Positions 45,008-54,272 of a stretch of DNA of 64,000 nucleotides are shown one piece after another. How positions within the stretch are numbered: the stretch's first letter is position 1; every line of letters starts with the position of its first letter. This stretch comes from Acidobacteriota bacterium (GTDB lineage Bacteria; Acidobacteriota; CAIWXX01). The position numbers and the translations under genes were made by a program. The notes beneath the pieces were generated by a model. The model was not told where the DNA came from. It worked only from the letters and a program-made list of their open reading frames with translations, and did no database searches. The DNA is taken from contig JBFMAF010000055.1 of assembly GCA_040755995.1 (NCBI GenBank), positions 1 to 64,000 on the forward strand, given 5' to 3'.

Positions 45008-46648
45008 ATGCCAGGAGAACAGGCGGTAGTAAACTCTGAGCCCGCCGCGGTCGAGAGGGTGGCCCCGCGGGCGACTCGCGTTCTTGTGCGCCGCTTCCTG
45101 TTCGCACTGGCTCCGTTGCTCGTCTTCCTGGTGTTCTTCACGCAAGACAGGCGGGTGCGCCTCTGGGATCCCGATGAGAGCTACTATGCGCGCGCCGCGC
45201 GAGAGATGGCGGAGCGGCATGAGTACATGGCCGTTGTGTTCAACGGCGAGCGCTTCTATCACAAGCCGGCATTCTTCTATTGGCTGGTGCTGCTGTGCCA
45301 GTGGATCGGCGGTGTCACCGAACACGCGATTCGCTTCACCTCCGCCCTCGCGGCGACCGGCTGCGTAATAATCGTCTTCCTCTGGGCTCGGCGGGGGCGA
45401 GGCGATGCAGCGGGCCTGGCTGCGGCTCTGATAGCATCGACGTGCGTCGAGCTCTTCGTCTTCTCGCGCATCGCCACGCCGGACATGACCCTCACGTTCT
45501 TCATTCTTGCCTGCCTCTACGGTTTCCTTCTGCACATGGAGTATCCGGGGCGACCGCGGGCCTTGCTTCTGGCTTGGGCCGCTGCGGGGCTGGGCTTTTC
45601 CACAAAAGGCCCTGTTGGAGTCGCGCTGCCCGTCCTGTGCGCAGCATCATACTTGCTGGTCACGAGGCGGCTGCGTCAGATCAGATCCCTGTTCCGCCCT
45701 CTCCCTCTGCTGATGTTCCTACTCTGCGCGGTCCCTTGGTACGCATACATGGCTGTACGGCATCCGGACTACGTGCGGGCTTTCTTCCTGGAGCACAACA
45801 TCCAGCGATTCCTGAGCCCCATCCATCATCATGACTACCCGTTCTGGTTCTTCCTACCCGTCTTCATTGGCGGTCTCTTTCCGTGGCTCTTTCACCTCCT
45901 GTCGGAAGTGCGGGCCGGTCTGCGCGAGAGGGAACGCCTGTTCGCGCTGACATCGGCGGTGGTGATCATCCTCGTCTTCACGCCGTCGGAATCGAAGCTG
46001 CCAGGCTACATCCTCGCCTCGTTCCCCCTCGCTGCGGTCGTAGCCGCACCGGCGGTTCTCTCCGGGGGCCTCCGCGGCCTGATCATGAACGTCCTGCCTG
46101 CTCTGCAGATTGTCTTGATCGTCGCGGCTACTCAGACCGCGGCCTTCGCGCGGCAGCTGCCGCTATTCACCGATCCGGCATATCCTGGCCCGCTCATCAT
46201 TCTCACAGTGCTTCTCGCGGCGGCCGTGTCTTGCATGCTGCTGCCGAAGAGAGCCTGGGCACAGGTTGCGGCCGGCGCGGTCGCAGTGGTGTTGTACATC
46301 TCGACGTTGAACGGCCTCGAGCCCTACAAACCGGCCGAAATGATTCTCCGGGACGTCGCCGAGCGCGGCAGTCCTCCCTTCGCAACGCTTCAGTTGCAGA
46401 GACGCCAGGAGCCGTTCTTGCCGAGCCTCGTCTATTACAACGGCGCGAACATAACCGAGTTGCATGATCGCACGGAATTGACTTCGTTCCTCAAGCGAAG
46501 CGAGCGGGTCCTCATTGTCCTCAACGACGAGGATTTCCGGCAAATACCTTGGGTGGAGAGATGGGTTCCTGTCCACAGAATCGCCGACTACACCGACATC
46601 AACTTTCGAGCCGCCATGATCTCGAACCGGCCTGACGGATCGAGGTGA
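45008..46648 (+). CDS. ArnT/PMT_2-like GT-C membrane glycosyltransferase
   Basis: WDPDESYYARAAREM, FYHKPAFFYW, TKGPVG, PWY, SKLPGYIL; many TM segments. Confidence 0.92.
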   Translation: MPGEQAVVNSEPAAVERVAPRATRVLVRRFLFALAPLLVFLVFFTQDRRVRLWDPDESYYARAAREMAERHEYMAVVFNGERFYHKPAFFYWLVLLCQWIGGVTEHAIRFTSALAATGCVIIVFLWARRGRGDAAGLAAALIASTCVELFVFSRIATPDMTLTFFILACLYGFLLHMEYPGRPRALLLAWAAAGLGFSTKGPVGVALPVLCAASYLLVTRRLRQIRSLFRPLPLLMFLLCAVPWYAYMAVRHPDYVRAFFLEHNIQRFLSPIHHHDYPFWFFLPVFIGGLFPWLFHLLSEVRAGLRERERLFALTSAVVIILVFTPSESKLPGYILASFPLAAVVAAPAVLSGGLRGLIMNVLPALQIVLIVAATQTAAFARQLPLFTDPAYPGPLIILTVLLAAAVSCMLLPKRAWAQVAAGAVAVVLYISTLNGLEPYKPAEMILRDVAERGSPPFATLQLQRRQEPFLPSLVYYNGANITELHDRTELTSFLKRSERVLIVLNDEDFRQIPWVERWVPVHRIADYTDINFRAAMISNRPDGSR

Positions 46649-46696
46649 TTCGGCGGGGGGGCACGGAAGAGTGCGGCGGATGGTCTGAGCGGGCCG

Positions 46697-47992
46697 CTAC
46701 ACGCGACCGGCTACGGTCACATCCAGGCCGACGTCGGCGACTCCGGAACGCTCCTGTTCGAACCAGCAGATCCCTTCGTTCACCATGTCGACTCGGACGA
46801 AATAGCGTCCGGGAGATACAGGAGCCTTGAGATGTAGCGTCACGCGTGCCGATCGACTTGCTGGGAGGTCCTCGGGGAGGTCGGCGCGGCCGTAATCCAG
46901 CTCGAGCAGTTTCTTCTCGTTGCTCAGCAGGTGTGCCCCCACACGAACACGGCCGCGCCCTCGCCATCCTTCCCTCAACCACGCCGTGTCCGTTGGATTT
47001 GTGACGTGCACTACCAGATCGAACTCGCAGGCCGCTCGGCTGGCCACCGAAACGGGCGCAGGCCGGACGAGTGCCCGGTGGGACCGTGGATGGATAGAGG
47101 TCACCCGATACGGTCCCTTGCGTATGATCCCGATGGGCGCTGTGAGAAGACCCAGCCTGGTGAAGTTGGCCGGGACCAGCCAGGAGAGCCCACGCAGGAA
47201 CCAGCGGACCCGCGGCATGGAGAGGGTGAGCGTGTGAGGGTGGATGCCGGTGACGAAAAACTCAACGTCCTCAAAACCGGCGGCGCGTGCGGTCAGGAAC
47301 AATCGTTCCAGGTCCACGTCTTGTTCGAGAATCCCGTGGCCCGTCTCGGCCGCCGAGATCTCCGCGCCGGCGTGGCCGATCCCCGGCTCGGCGAAACCGA
47401 GTCTTCCGTGCGGCGAGAGCACGCGGTGGAGCTCGCACAGGACCGAGCGGGGATTGGGAACATGGTGGAGGGCGTCGAAAACGACGGCGAAGTCGAAGTA
47501 CTGATCGGGCGCCGGGATGCGATCGCCTGCGAAGTGCTCGAACCGGGGGTAGGCGCCCTCCGGGGACTTCCCCCATGCCGCCGCACTCTCTCTCGCCAGT
47601 TCCAGAGCGTGCGTCGAGATGTCCATGCCGACAACGGCGGCCCCAGTGCGCGCCAGCATGTGCGATGTCCAACCGGTGCCGCAACCGAAGTCGAGGATCC
47701 GGTCAGCCGGGCCTGGGTCGAGGCCGCTCAGCAGGAGACCGAACCTCCAGAGATGCCATCCGGCCTGCCCGCGATCAGAGAAAGGCTTGCTCAGCCAGTA
47801 GTCCCTCAGCTCGGTGCGCTCGAAATACCTCTGCGAGGCCGCGTTGATCCGCGTGACCTCTGCCGCAGCGAGGTCGGACAACGGCGATCGTGGAGCCGCC
47901 CCGAAGAGACGAAAATGAGCCGGCCGGATGCGTCGCCATTCTCTCCTCGCGCTGCGAAAGTGAGGGAAGAGTCGTTGCAACAGTCTCGGCAC
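46697..47992 (-). CDS. Class I SAM-dependent methyltransferase with C-terminal Ig-like domain
   Basis: ILDFGCGTGW, GMDIS, DALHHVP, LSPHG; tail VTNPTDTAW...APVSPGRY.VRVDMVNEGICWF. Confidence 0.88.
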   Translation of the reverse strand: MPRLLQRLFPHFRSARREWRRIRPAHFRLFGAAPRSPLSDLAAAEVTRINAASQRYFERTELRDYWLSKPFSDRGQAGWHLWRFGLLLSGLDPGPADRILDFGCGTGWTSHMLARTGAAVVGMDISTHALELARESAAAWGKSPEGAYPRFEHFAGDRIPAPDQYFDFAVVFDALHHVPNPRSVLCELHRVLSPHGRLGFAEPGIGHAGAEISAAETGHGILEQDVDLERLFLTARAAGFEDVEFFVTGIHPHTLTLSMPRVRWFLRGLSWLVPANFTRLGLLTAPIGIIRKGPYRVTSIHPRSHRALVRPAPVSVASRAACEFDLVVHVTNPTDTAWLREGWRGRGRVRVGAHLLSNEKKLLELDYGRADLPEDLPASRSARVTLHLKAPVSPGRYFVRVDMVNEGICWFEQERSGVADVGLDVTVAGRV

Positions 47993-48254
47993 CGCCTCAC
48001 TCTACACCGCGCATGTCGAGCGTTCAAACCGGCTCACCGGCTCAATGACATGCGGACAACATATCCCTATCCGACGAGGCGACACGGGCACTCCTTGATT
48101 GCGGGACAGTAGACACCCACAGTGAGCCTCGATTGGGGAATCCGAAACCCGGCGGCATCGAGAGCCCTCACGCCGCGGTGGATCGCAAGGCGGCAGAGGT
48201 GTGGAGGAGCGCCTGCATCCGCTCCCGTGCGCCGGTCGACGCTCGCCCCGCCCC

Positions 48255-50459
48255 TTATCCGCAACCGGATCGGACAAGGAACCCGTGAAGGGCGATAGCG
48301 AGACTCGGATTTTCAAGCTCGAGCAGGACGCGGGCATCGGGGGAGAGGAGCGCCGTCCTGCAGTTCGAGTCGGCCCGGACGGTGGTCGTTGCAGTATAGC
48401 TTGCGAACGCAGCGGTGGCGGCTATGACGCTTCCTGGCGACAAAGAGCGCACCCGGCTGCCGGTGTCCGGGTCGATCTCGCTGGCCGTTCCCCAGGTAAG
48501 GAGGCGAAGCCCTGCGGGCGTTTCGCCTTTGGCCAGGATTGAGCTCCCTGCAGGGTGCTCCTGCTTTTCCAGCCAGGGGGCAAGGCCATCCAGCAACTGC
48601 TCAAAACGCTCCTGTTGCTCAAGATGAGCCATGACGTCATCCACCGATTGGTGAAAGAGCGCTTCGCGCATCGAGGCGCGATGCTCGCGGTTCGAGAGAG
48701 TTCGCTGGATGAGCTGATCTTCGCACCATTCAAGACCGCGATCGAGGTCCGTGAAGAAGACGAGTGTGTTCATAACCCCGTCGGACAGGCCTCGCTTCAG
48801 CGCCTCCACGAAGTGGTCCGGCAGGGCCGTGACGACAATGGTCGTTCGCGCCGCCGAGGCGTTAAGGGCCAGTCGATGGAAGTGCTTGACGGCTGAGACA
48901 TCGAGGCCCGAGACCCGCGCGAAATCAAGAAGGATGAAATCGGGGTGCGGTTCCGACCTAAGGGCGCCCTTGAGTGATTCCACGAGTGTGGTGGCCGATC
49001 CGAAAAAGATGTAGCCGGACAAGGCATAGCCCCTGACGCGCTCTCCCGTGGCGCTCAACACCTTGCGATGAGGCACGGACCGCGCTCTGCTGCTGCGGCG
49101 ATCCAGGGCGGAAAATTCGATTTCGACCACGGGCACGCGGCTGAAGCGCACCACAAAGAAGATCACGGTGGCGACCAAGCCGACGGCCACTCCCTCCAAA
49201 TATCCACGGGCTGCAATGACAAGGAAGATCACGACCACTACAAGATAGTCGGGCCACGGCAGCCCCTTCCGGCTCGTCAAGAGCCATTCGTGAATCAAGG
49301 AAGAGCCTACCAGCACGAGCATCCCGCCGAGTAACGCGGTGGGAAAATACCCCAAGGCCCTTCCACCGAAGACCAGCACTCCTGCCGCGATCAAGGCGAC
49401 AACGAGCCCTGTGTACCGGGAACGAGCCCCGGTCTTCACGCCGAGGAACGTCAGTGAGATCACCGGGTATCCCGGGAAGCATCCACCAACCCCTGCGAGG
49501 CAGTTGCCCACGCCGCCGCTCACAAACTCGCGGTTCATGTCCAACTCTTCTCCCGCGGCAAGCTCGACACCACTCATGTTGAGCAGCATTCCAACGACGG
49601 TAACCAGGGCCACCGAGAACATGCCCGGCAGCTGTTGCCAGACCACTGACCAGTCGATCAGGGCGATCTCTCCTATCGCAAAGGGCGGAAAGAGCCTTCC
49701 GATCGGAACGCCAGAAACCAAGAACCCTGCCGCTCGGGCGCCATCAAGTGACATCCCGGTCATCGGAAGGAGTACATAGAAAAGCGCCGCGACTGCCGCC
49801 AGTGATCCGGGCAGGATGAGGAAATGGGAATGCCGCCGCGTGATCGCGAACAGAGCCACGCCAAACGCCACACCCGGTAACCATCGAATAACCGTCTCCG
49901 GTGTGACCAGGCGCCCGAACGTCTCCGGAGAAACCGGCACGCCGCACATGACGGAGACACCGCCAGCCACCAACACCCAGCCAGTCCCGGCGAGGAAGCC
50001 ACCCAAGACCGGGTAGGGCATAAAACGGAGTAGGTTCGCAAGATGGAACTTGCCGATGATGATGAAGACCGCACCGGTAAGAACCGCTGAGAGAGTCAGC
50101 ACTGCGGCCACGGTCATAAACTTGGCTTCCATGGGGGCTTGCTCCCCGAGGGTGGCGGCGATCGTGACGGCAACAGTTGAAAGAACGGCGGCTGGAGCGT
50201 CTTGCGCTCCAGAGACTGTCCCCTGAAATGAGCTGGTCAGGGCAGCGCAGATGCAGATAAGGCATCCTCCGCAGAGCGCGAGGCCAGCAGCCCGGGCCGA
50301 GAGCGCGGAAAGACTGCCGGAGTAGATCATTGCGGCGAGCGAAACCTGCAAGATGATGAATGGGGCGGCCGCGACAATACCCGTGCCCACGGCGGGAAGA
50401 ATCCTTTTCGATGTTGCGTCTTCCAGTAGTTCGGAGATCAACGATCTGTTCATGGTCAC
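48255..50459 (-). CDS. SulP/SLC26 anion transporter with STAS and cNMP-binding domains
   Basis: LRFMPYPVLGGFLAGTG; LSGYIFFGSA..LDFARVSGLDVSA (STAS); DLDRGLEWCE; degenerate cNMP domain. Confidence 0.93.
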   Translation of the reverse strand: MTMNRSLISELLEDATSKRILPAVGTGIVAAAPFIILQVSLAAMIYSGSLSALSARAAGLALCGGCLICICAALTSSFQGTVSGAQDAPAAVLSTVAVTIAATLGEQAPMEAKFMTVAAVLTLSAVLTGAVFIIIGKFHLANLLRFMPYPVLGGFLAGTGWVLVAGGVSVMCGVPVSPETFGRLVTPETVIRWLPGVAFGVALFAITRRHSHFLILPGSLAAVAALFYVLLPMTGMSLDGARAAGFLVSGVPIGRLFPPFAIGEIALIDWSVVWQQLPGMFSVALVTVVGMLLNMSGVELAAGEELDMNREFVSGGVGNCLAGVGGCFPGYPVISLTFLGVKTGARSRYTGLVVALIAAGVLVFGGRALGYFPTALLGGMLVLVGSSLIHEWLLTSRKGLPWPDYLVVVVIFLVIAARGYLEGVAVGLVATVIFFVVRFSRVPVVEIEFSALDRRSSRARSVPHRKVLSATGERVRGYALSGYIFFGSATTLVESLKGALRSEPHPDFILLDFARVSGLDVSAVKHFHRLALNASAARTTIVVTALPDHFVEALKRGLSDGVMNTLVFFTDLDRGLEWCEDQLIQRTLSNREHRASMREALFHQSVDDVMAHLEQQERFEQLLDGLAPWLEKQEHPAGSSILAKGETPAGLRLLTWGTASEIDPDTGSRVRSLSPGSVIAATAAFASYTATTTVRADSNCRTALLSPDARVLLELENPSLAIALHGFLVRSGCG

Positions 50460-50518
50460 CTTCTCGACTCCCCGTCCGGAATCTTGTACTATGGTTGGGG
50501 TCGATCCGCGCGGCGCTC

Positions 50519-50547
50519 ACTAAACAGGCTTGCCTGGTATTTGTCAA
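50519..50547 (-). promoter_or_regulatory. Sigma70 promoter for the sulP-like gene
   Basis: TTGACA-17-TTTAGT on the minus strand. Confidence 0.5.
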
Positions 50548-50602
50548 GCCGTTTGGGCACAGGGCGCACGCCGGGGAGCTCGGGGAGACAGGGAGGCCAT
50601 TC

Positions 50603-50944
50603 GTGGAGATACGAGTCAAGCAAGAGGATGGGGTCGCGCTAGTCATGCTCGGAGGCCGCTTAGACGCTGCCTCCTCACCAGAACTCGAAGAGCGTCTCTC
50701 GGAAGTGCTTCACAGCGGCGCTTGCGCCCTGGTTTTGAACGTTTCCGGCCTGACCCATATCAGCAGCGCAGGTTTGAGGTGCATTCTCTTTGCGGGAAAG
50801 ACGATCAAGGCCCGGAATGGCCGGATCGCCCTGACCGGCGCACAGGGAATGGTGATGGACGTGTTGAAGACATCCGGCTTCGCCGATATTCTCCCGACCT
50901 ACCCATCCGATGAGGATGCGCTGGGAGACCACAGCGAGTGGTAA
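50603..50944 (+). CDS. STAS anti-sigma factor antagonist
   Basis: GGAGG SD before GTG 50603; GRLDAASS, HISSAGLR phospho-Ser motif, VLKTSGF. Confidence 0.92.
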   Translation: MEIRVKQEDGVALVMLGGRLDAASSPELEERLSEVLHSGACALVLNVSGLTHISSAGLRCILFAGKTIKARNGRIALTGAQGMVMDVLKTSGFADILPTYPSDEDALGDHSEW

Positions 50945-51034
50945 TCGGGTTGATTTCGGACTCCGCGGATACGTCCACGCAGTCCAAGGATCGCCACCCA
51001 CGTTGCCGGCGGAAGAATATGTGTAGGGCACCTC

Positions 51035-51133
51035 GCGGGTGGTCTCCTGCTCGGTTTTCATGATCTGGGCCTGGTCCTGGATCGTGAAATCGTCCTCCTT
51101 GCCGGCCCTGAGCCTGTGGCTCCTGCGCAACAA
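51035..51133 (-). pseudogene. Short fragment resembling a MacB-type ABC permease periplasmic segment
   Basis: LLRRSHRLRAGKEDDFTIQDQAQIMKTEQETTR. Confidence 0.45.
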
Positions 51134-51202
51134 TGGGGCCAGTGCATCGGGGAGCTCCCACATGGACTCGGGCCCGTCCGCCTGCACTAGGATGCTCTGC
51201 AG

Positions 51203-52951
51203 GTGAACGACCTTGAACACGCGGGTCATCGTTTCTCGCCAATCCTTCTCGCAGCTCTCGCCTGTCTGCTCACGCTGCCGGCCCTGAAGGCGGGCCTCAT
51301 CGCCGACGACTACTTCCACCGTACCGTGCTGCTCCATCGGGGCGAACTGGCGCCGTTCATGCATCCCGTCATGGACCTGTTCGCTTTCGTGAAACAGGGT
51401 GAGCCGGCAGACTTGATGCGCGAGGTCGGCTACCTGCCCTGGTGGTCTGACGCCGGTGTTCGCATCTCGCTCTTCCGGCCTCTCACGGCGTTGACCCACG
51501 TTCTTGACTACGCCCTGTGGCCGGATGGAATCGTCTTGCAGCACCTGCACAGCCTCGGCTGGTTCCTTCTGGGCGTTCTTCTCGTTGTCGCTCTCTACCG
51601 GATGGTCCCCGGCATGTCCATCGCCGCGGCATCTCTTGCCGGCCTGTTCTTCGCCGTCGAGGACGCGCACGCGTATCCTGCCGGATGGATTGCCAACAGG
51701 AACGCGCTGCTCTGTCTCGTGTGCGGGACGGCGACTCTCATGTGTCACGTCCGATGGCGAGCCACCGGCCGCGCACGGTGGCTGGTTTTCGCCCTGCTTG
51801 TGTTCGCGGCGGGCCTTGGCTGCGGCGAAGCGACGCTCGGGACGCTGGGCTACCTGGCCGCGTGGCAGCTGACCATGGAGCAGAGGCAACAGCGAATACG
51901 TTCCACGGCCGTCTTGCTGTCGTACGTCGGTCTGGTGTTCCTCTGGCGATTGCTCTATGACACGCTCGGTTACGGCGTCACAGGCTCACGCCTGTACGTC
52001 GATCCGGGTCAGCGACCGCTGCTGTTTCTGCAGGGGCTGGCTGAACGCTTGCCGGTTCTCGTTGCCGGTCAGTGGTTCCAGATACCGGTCGACCTGTGGA
52101 TCCTGCTGACAGGTGCACAGCGAATCGCGGTCTCTCTGGCCTCCGCAGTTCTCGCCGCAGCCATCTTCTGGCTCCTCTGGCCGCTGCTGAAACGCCCTCT
52201 CGCGCGTTTCTGGGCGACCGGTATGGCCCTCTCGCTTGTCCCCCTCTGCGCCGCTTTTCCAATGGACAGGCTCCTCATCTTCTCGGGCATCGGCGCTTTC
52301 GGCCTCCTGGCGCTGTTCGTCGATGCCTACTTACTTTCCTCGCCGGTCTCAGCCCGCTGGCGCAGGCGCGCAGCGATCGTTTTGCTGGCGCTCCACGGCC
52401 CGATCGCGGCAATCCTGCTCCTCCTGGGGACATTGGGATTGCCGGTGTTCGGGGACTTCTTCAGTGCGGCGGCGCGGCGCAGTCCCACCGGCCCCGAGAT
52501 CGCACAACAGACTTTCGTCTACGTGAATGGGAACGATTTCCCCGTAGTCTACAGCCGCGTCGTTCGAGTCGCCAACGGCGAGCCGGCTCCGCGACGCGTG
52601 GCGCAGCTCGCGTCGATGACGGACACGAACCAGATCTACCGCAAGGACATCAACACGCTGGTCGCTACGCCCGGCGACGGGTTTCTAGCGCATCCCATTG
52701 ACCGCCTGCTAGCGAGCGAGGACCGTCGCTTCCATCCGGGTGACCGAATCGAGCGTCCCGACTACCAGGTGGAAGTTGTCAGCGTCACCAGGGACGGGCG
52801 CCCGGCCAGCGTGTCTTTCAAGTTCCGTCAGCCGCTGGAGGACCCATCTCTCCGCTGGCTCTACTGGAAGGACCACCGCCTGCAGCAGTTCCCGCTTCCG
52901 GTAGTCGGAAGCTCAGTCCTGGTTCCAGCTATCAGGTTCGATCCTTTCTGA
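51203..52951 (+). CDS. Multi-pass membrane protein, GT-C-like
   Basis: GLIADDY, FRPL, HLHSL, WIANRNAL, ~11 TM segments and a C-terminal soluble domain. Confidence 0.75.
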   Translation: MNDLEHAGHRFSPILLAALACLLTLPALKAGLIADDYFHRTVLLHRGELAPFMHPVMDLFAFVKQGEPADLMREVGYLPWWSDAGVRISLFRPLTALTHVLDYALWPDGIVLQHLHSLGWFLLGVLLVVALYRMVPGMSIAAASLAGLFFAVEDAHAYPAGWIANRNALLCLVCGTATLMCHVRWRATGRARWLVFALLVFAAGLGCGEATLGTLGYLAAWQLTMEQRQQRIRSTAVLLSYVGLVFLWRLLYDTLGYGVTGSRLYVDPGQRPLLFLQGLAERLPVLVAGQWFQIPVDLWILLTGAQRIAVSLASAVLAAAIFWLLWPLLKRPLARFWATGMALSLVPLCAAFPMDRLLIFSGIGAFGLLALFVDAYLLSSPVSARWRRRAAIVLLALHGPIAAILLLLGTLGLPVFGDFFSAAARRSPTGPEIAQQTFVYVNGNDFPVVYSRVVRVANGEPAPRRVAQLASMTDTNQIYRKDINTLVATPGDGFLAHPIDRLLASEDRRFHPGDRIERPDYQVEVVSVTRDGRPASVSFKFRQPLEDPSLRWLYWKDHRLQQFPLPVVGSSVLVPAIRFDPF

Positions 52952-53061
52952 ATCGGGCAGGCAACCACTAACCAGCGGATCGCGCGGGGATTCGATCTTG
53001 GGCACTCCCGGGATTGAAGTGGCTGGGCATGAGGGGTTGTGGTCGCCAGATCCGGGCTCAT

Positions 53062-53093
53062 CACCGCGTCTCCGTGTCCCCGCGTCGCCGCAT
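53062..53093 (+). repeat. Degenerate octamer repeat (CNCCGYRT) x4
   Basis: CACCGCGT CTCCGTGT CCCCGCGT CGCCGCAT. Confidence 0.5.
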
Positions 53094-53143
53094 CTGTTCC
53101 ATCGGAGCACGACAGCATCCAAGGTCCGTGCACTCTCAAGATT

Positions 53144-54202
53144 CTATCGTGGGCACCGGTCATCCAGGAGGAACTCCTGGATGTAGCTGACGCCGATCAG
53201 GGCGCCGGTCACGGTTGAATTGTCGAGGATGTGCCTCATGTCAATCATGCGGCCGTTTTCGATGACTCCCCTGATCTCAGCTTCGAGGCTGGCGGCTTTC
53301 TCAGGGAGCGGCATCGCGGAAAAGATCACGGCATGCTCGTGGAGAAGCTCGGTCTTGGCTCCGATGTTTGCCGGATGGACGTAGAACACGGCATTGAATC
53401 GGTCCTTGGAGAACGCCGATAGATCGGCTGTCAGGTCGACACCTACGCCGCAGATCAAAGCAGTGACGTCTTTGTGCCGGGGTTCCTTGTCCAACTCGAA
53501 CCACTCACTCACGTTCGAAGCGTCCGTGATCATCTCGCCGTTCTTAGGGGCGAAGTCCTTTACGGGGGATATCTTGACCGCCGATCCGTAGATGCCCGAC
53601 ATCTGGGCTCGCGCTACGACGCCGATCACACCCTTGTAGTCAGGGCGGCGGGAGCGATACATGTCGAACAGCGATCGGTACACCGACGCCATGTTCGTCC
53701 CGCCCTTTTCACTGCTCTTGAACAGGATCAAGTCATCGAAGCCACCGCTCACCGACACATTGAACGCCGTCTTAATCGTGGCTTTCTCCACGCCCTTGTC
53801 GAAGCGGAGGCAGTCCGGCGAGTCCTTGCCGTCGGCCGGCAGACAGTACATGTTGCCGTCGACGGTGATCATCTCACCAAGTTTCGGGTAGCAGTCCTCG
53901 ATCTGATCGCCCAATGCCCCGAGCCCTATCGAGTACCTTATCTCAGCAGGATGCCTCAGGCAGACGTCCTTTCTCTCGATGCTGGCTCGTAGGACGTTGT
54001 TGACGTTGCCGATGACCTTCACGACTCCATCGGCCTTGTCGCTCCTGATCCGCTCGAATGAGCCATGCTGGTCTTCGATCCGAGTTATGCCGGGTTGGGC
54101 AGGAAGTTGCATTTGCGTGTCCTCCTTGTGGGATGTCTCTTGCGCGTATGGCGCGGAGATCAGCGCCAGGAGCATCAAATGAAGAGCTGGGATTGCGAAC
54201 AA
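53144..54202 (-). CDS. Hypothetical protein with divergent alpha-acetolactate decarboxylase-like fold
   Basis: IGLGALG..LGEMITVDGNMYCLPADG, KTAFNV, LHEHAV, RHILD match the order of ALDC motifs; signal-like N-terminus; alternative ATG at 54112 with AAGGAGG. Confidence 0.7.
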   Translation of the reverse strand: MFAIPALHLMLLALISAPYAQETSHKEDTQMQLPAQPGITRIEDQHGSFERIRSDKADGVVKVIGNVNNVLRASIERKDVCLRHPAEIRYSIGLGALGDQIEDCYPKLGEMITVDGNMYCLPADGKDSPDCLRFDKGVEKATIKTAFNVSVSGGFDDLILFKSSEKGGTNMASVYRSLFDMYRSRRPDYKGVIGVVARAQMSGIYGSAVKISPVKDFAPKNGEMITDASNVSEWFELDKEPRHKDVTALICGVGVDLTADLSAFSKDRFNAVFYVHPANIGAKTELLHEHAVIFSAMPLPEKAASLEAEIRGVIENGRMIDMRHILDNSTVTGALIGVSYIQEFLLDDRCPR

Positions 54203-54272
54203 TCGTCACCTCGAAATTCAATGGAAGTGGTGGGGCAATCCGAAGCCTCGGCGCCGGGGCCAGGCACGGCGC

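Noticed and set aside
48120..48175. Hairpin GTGAG/CTCAC with CTCGAT/ATCGAG in an intergenic region
   Set aside because: No convincing promoter or known RNA motif; such stems are common at this GC content.
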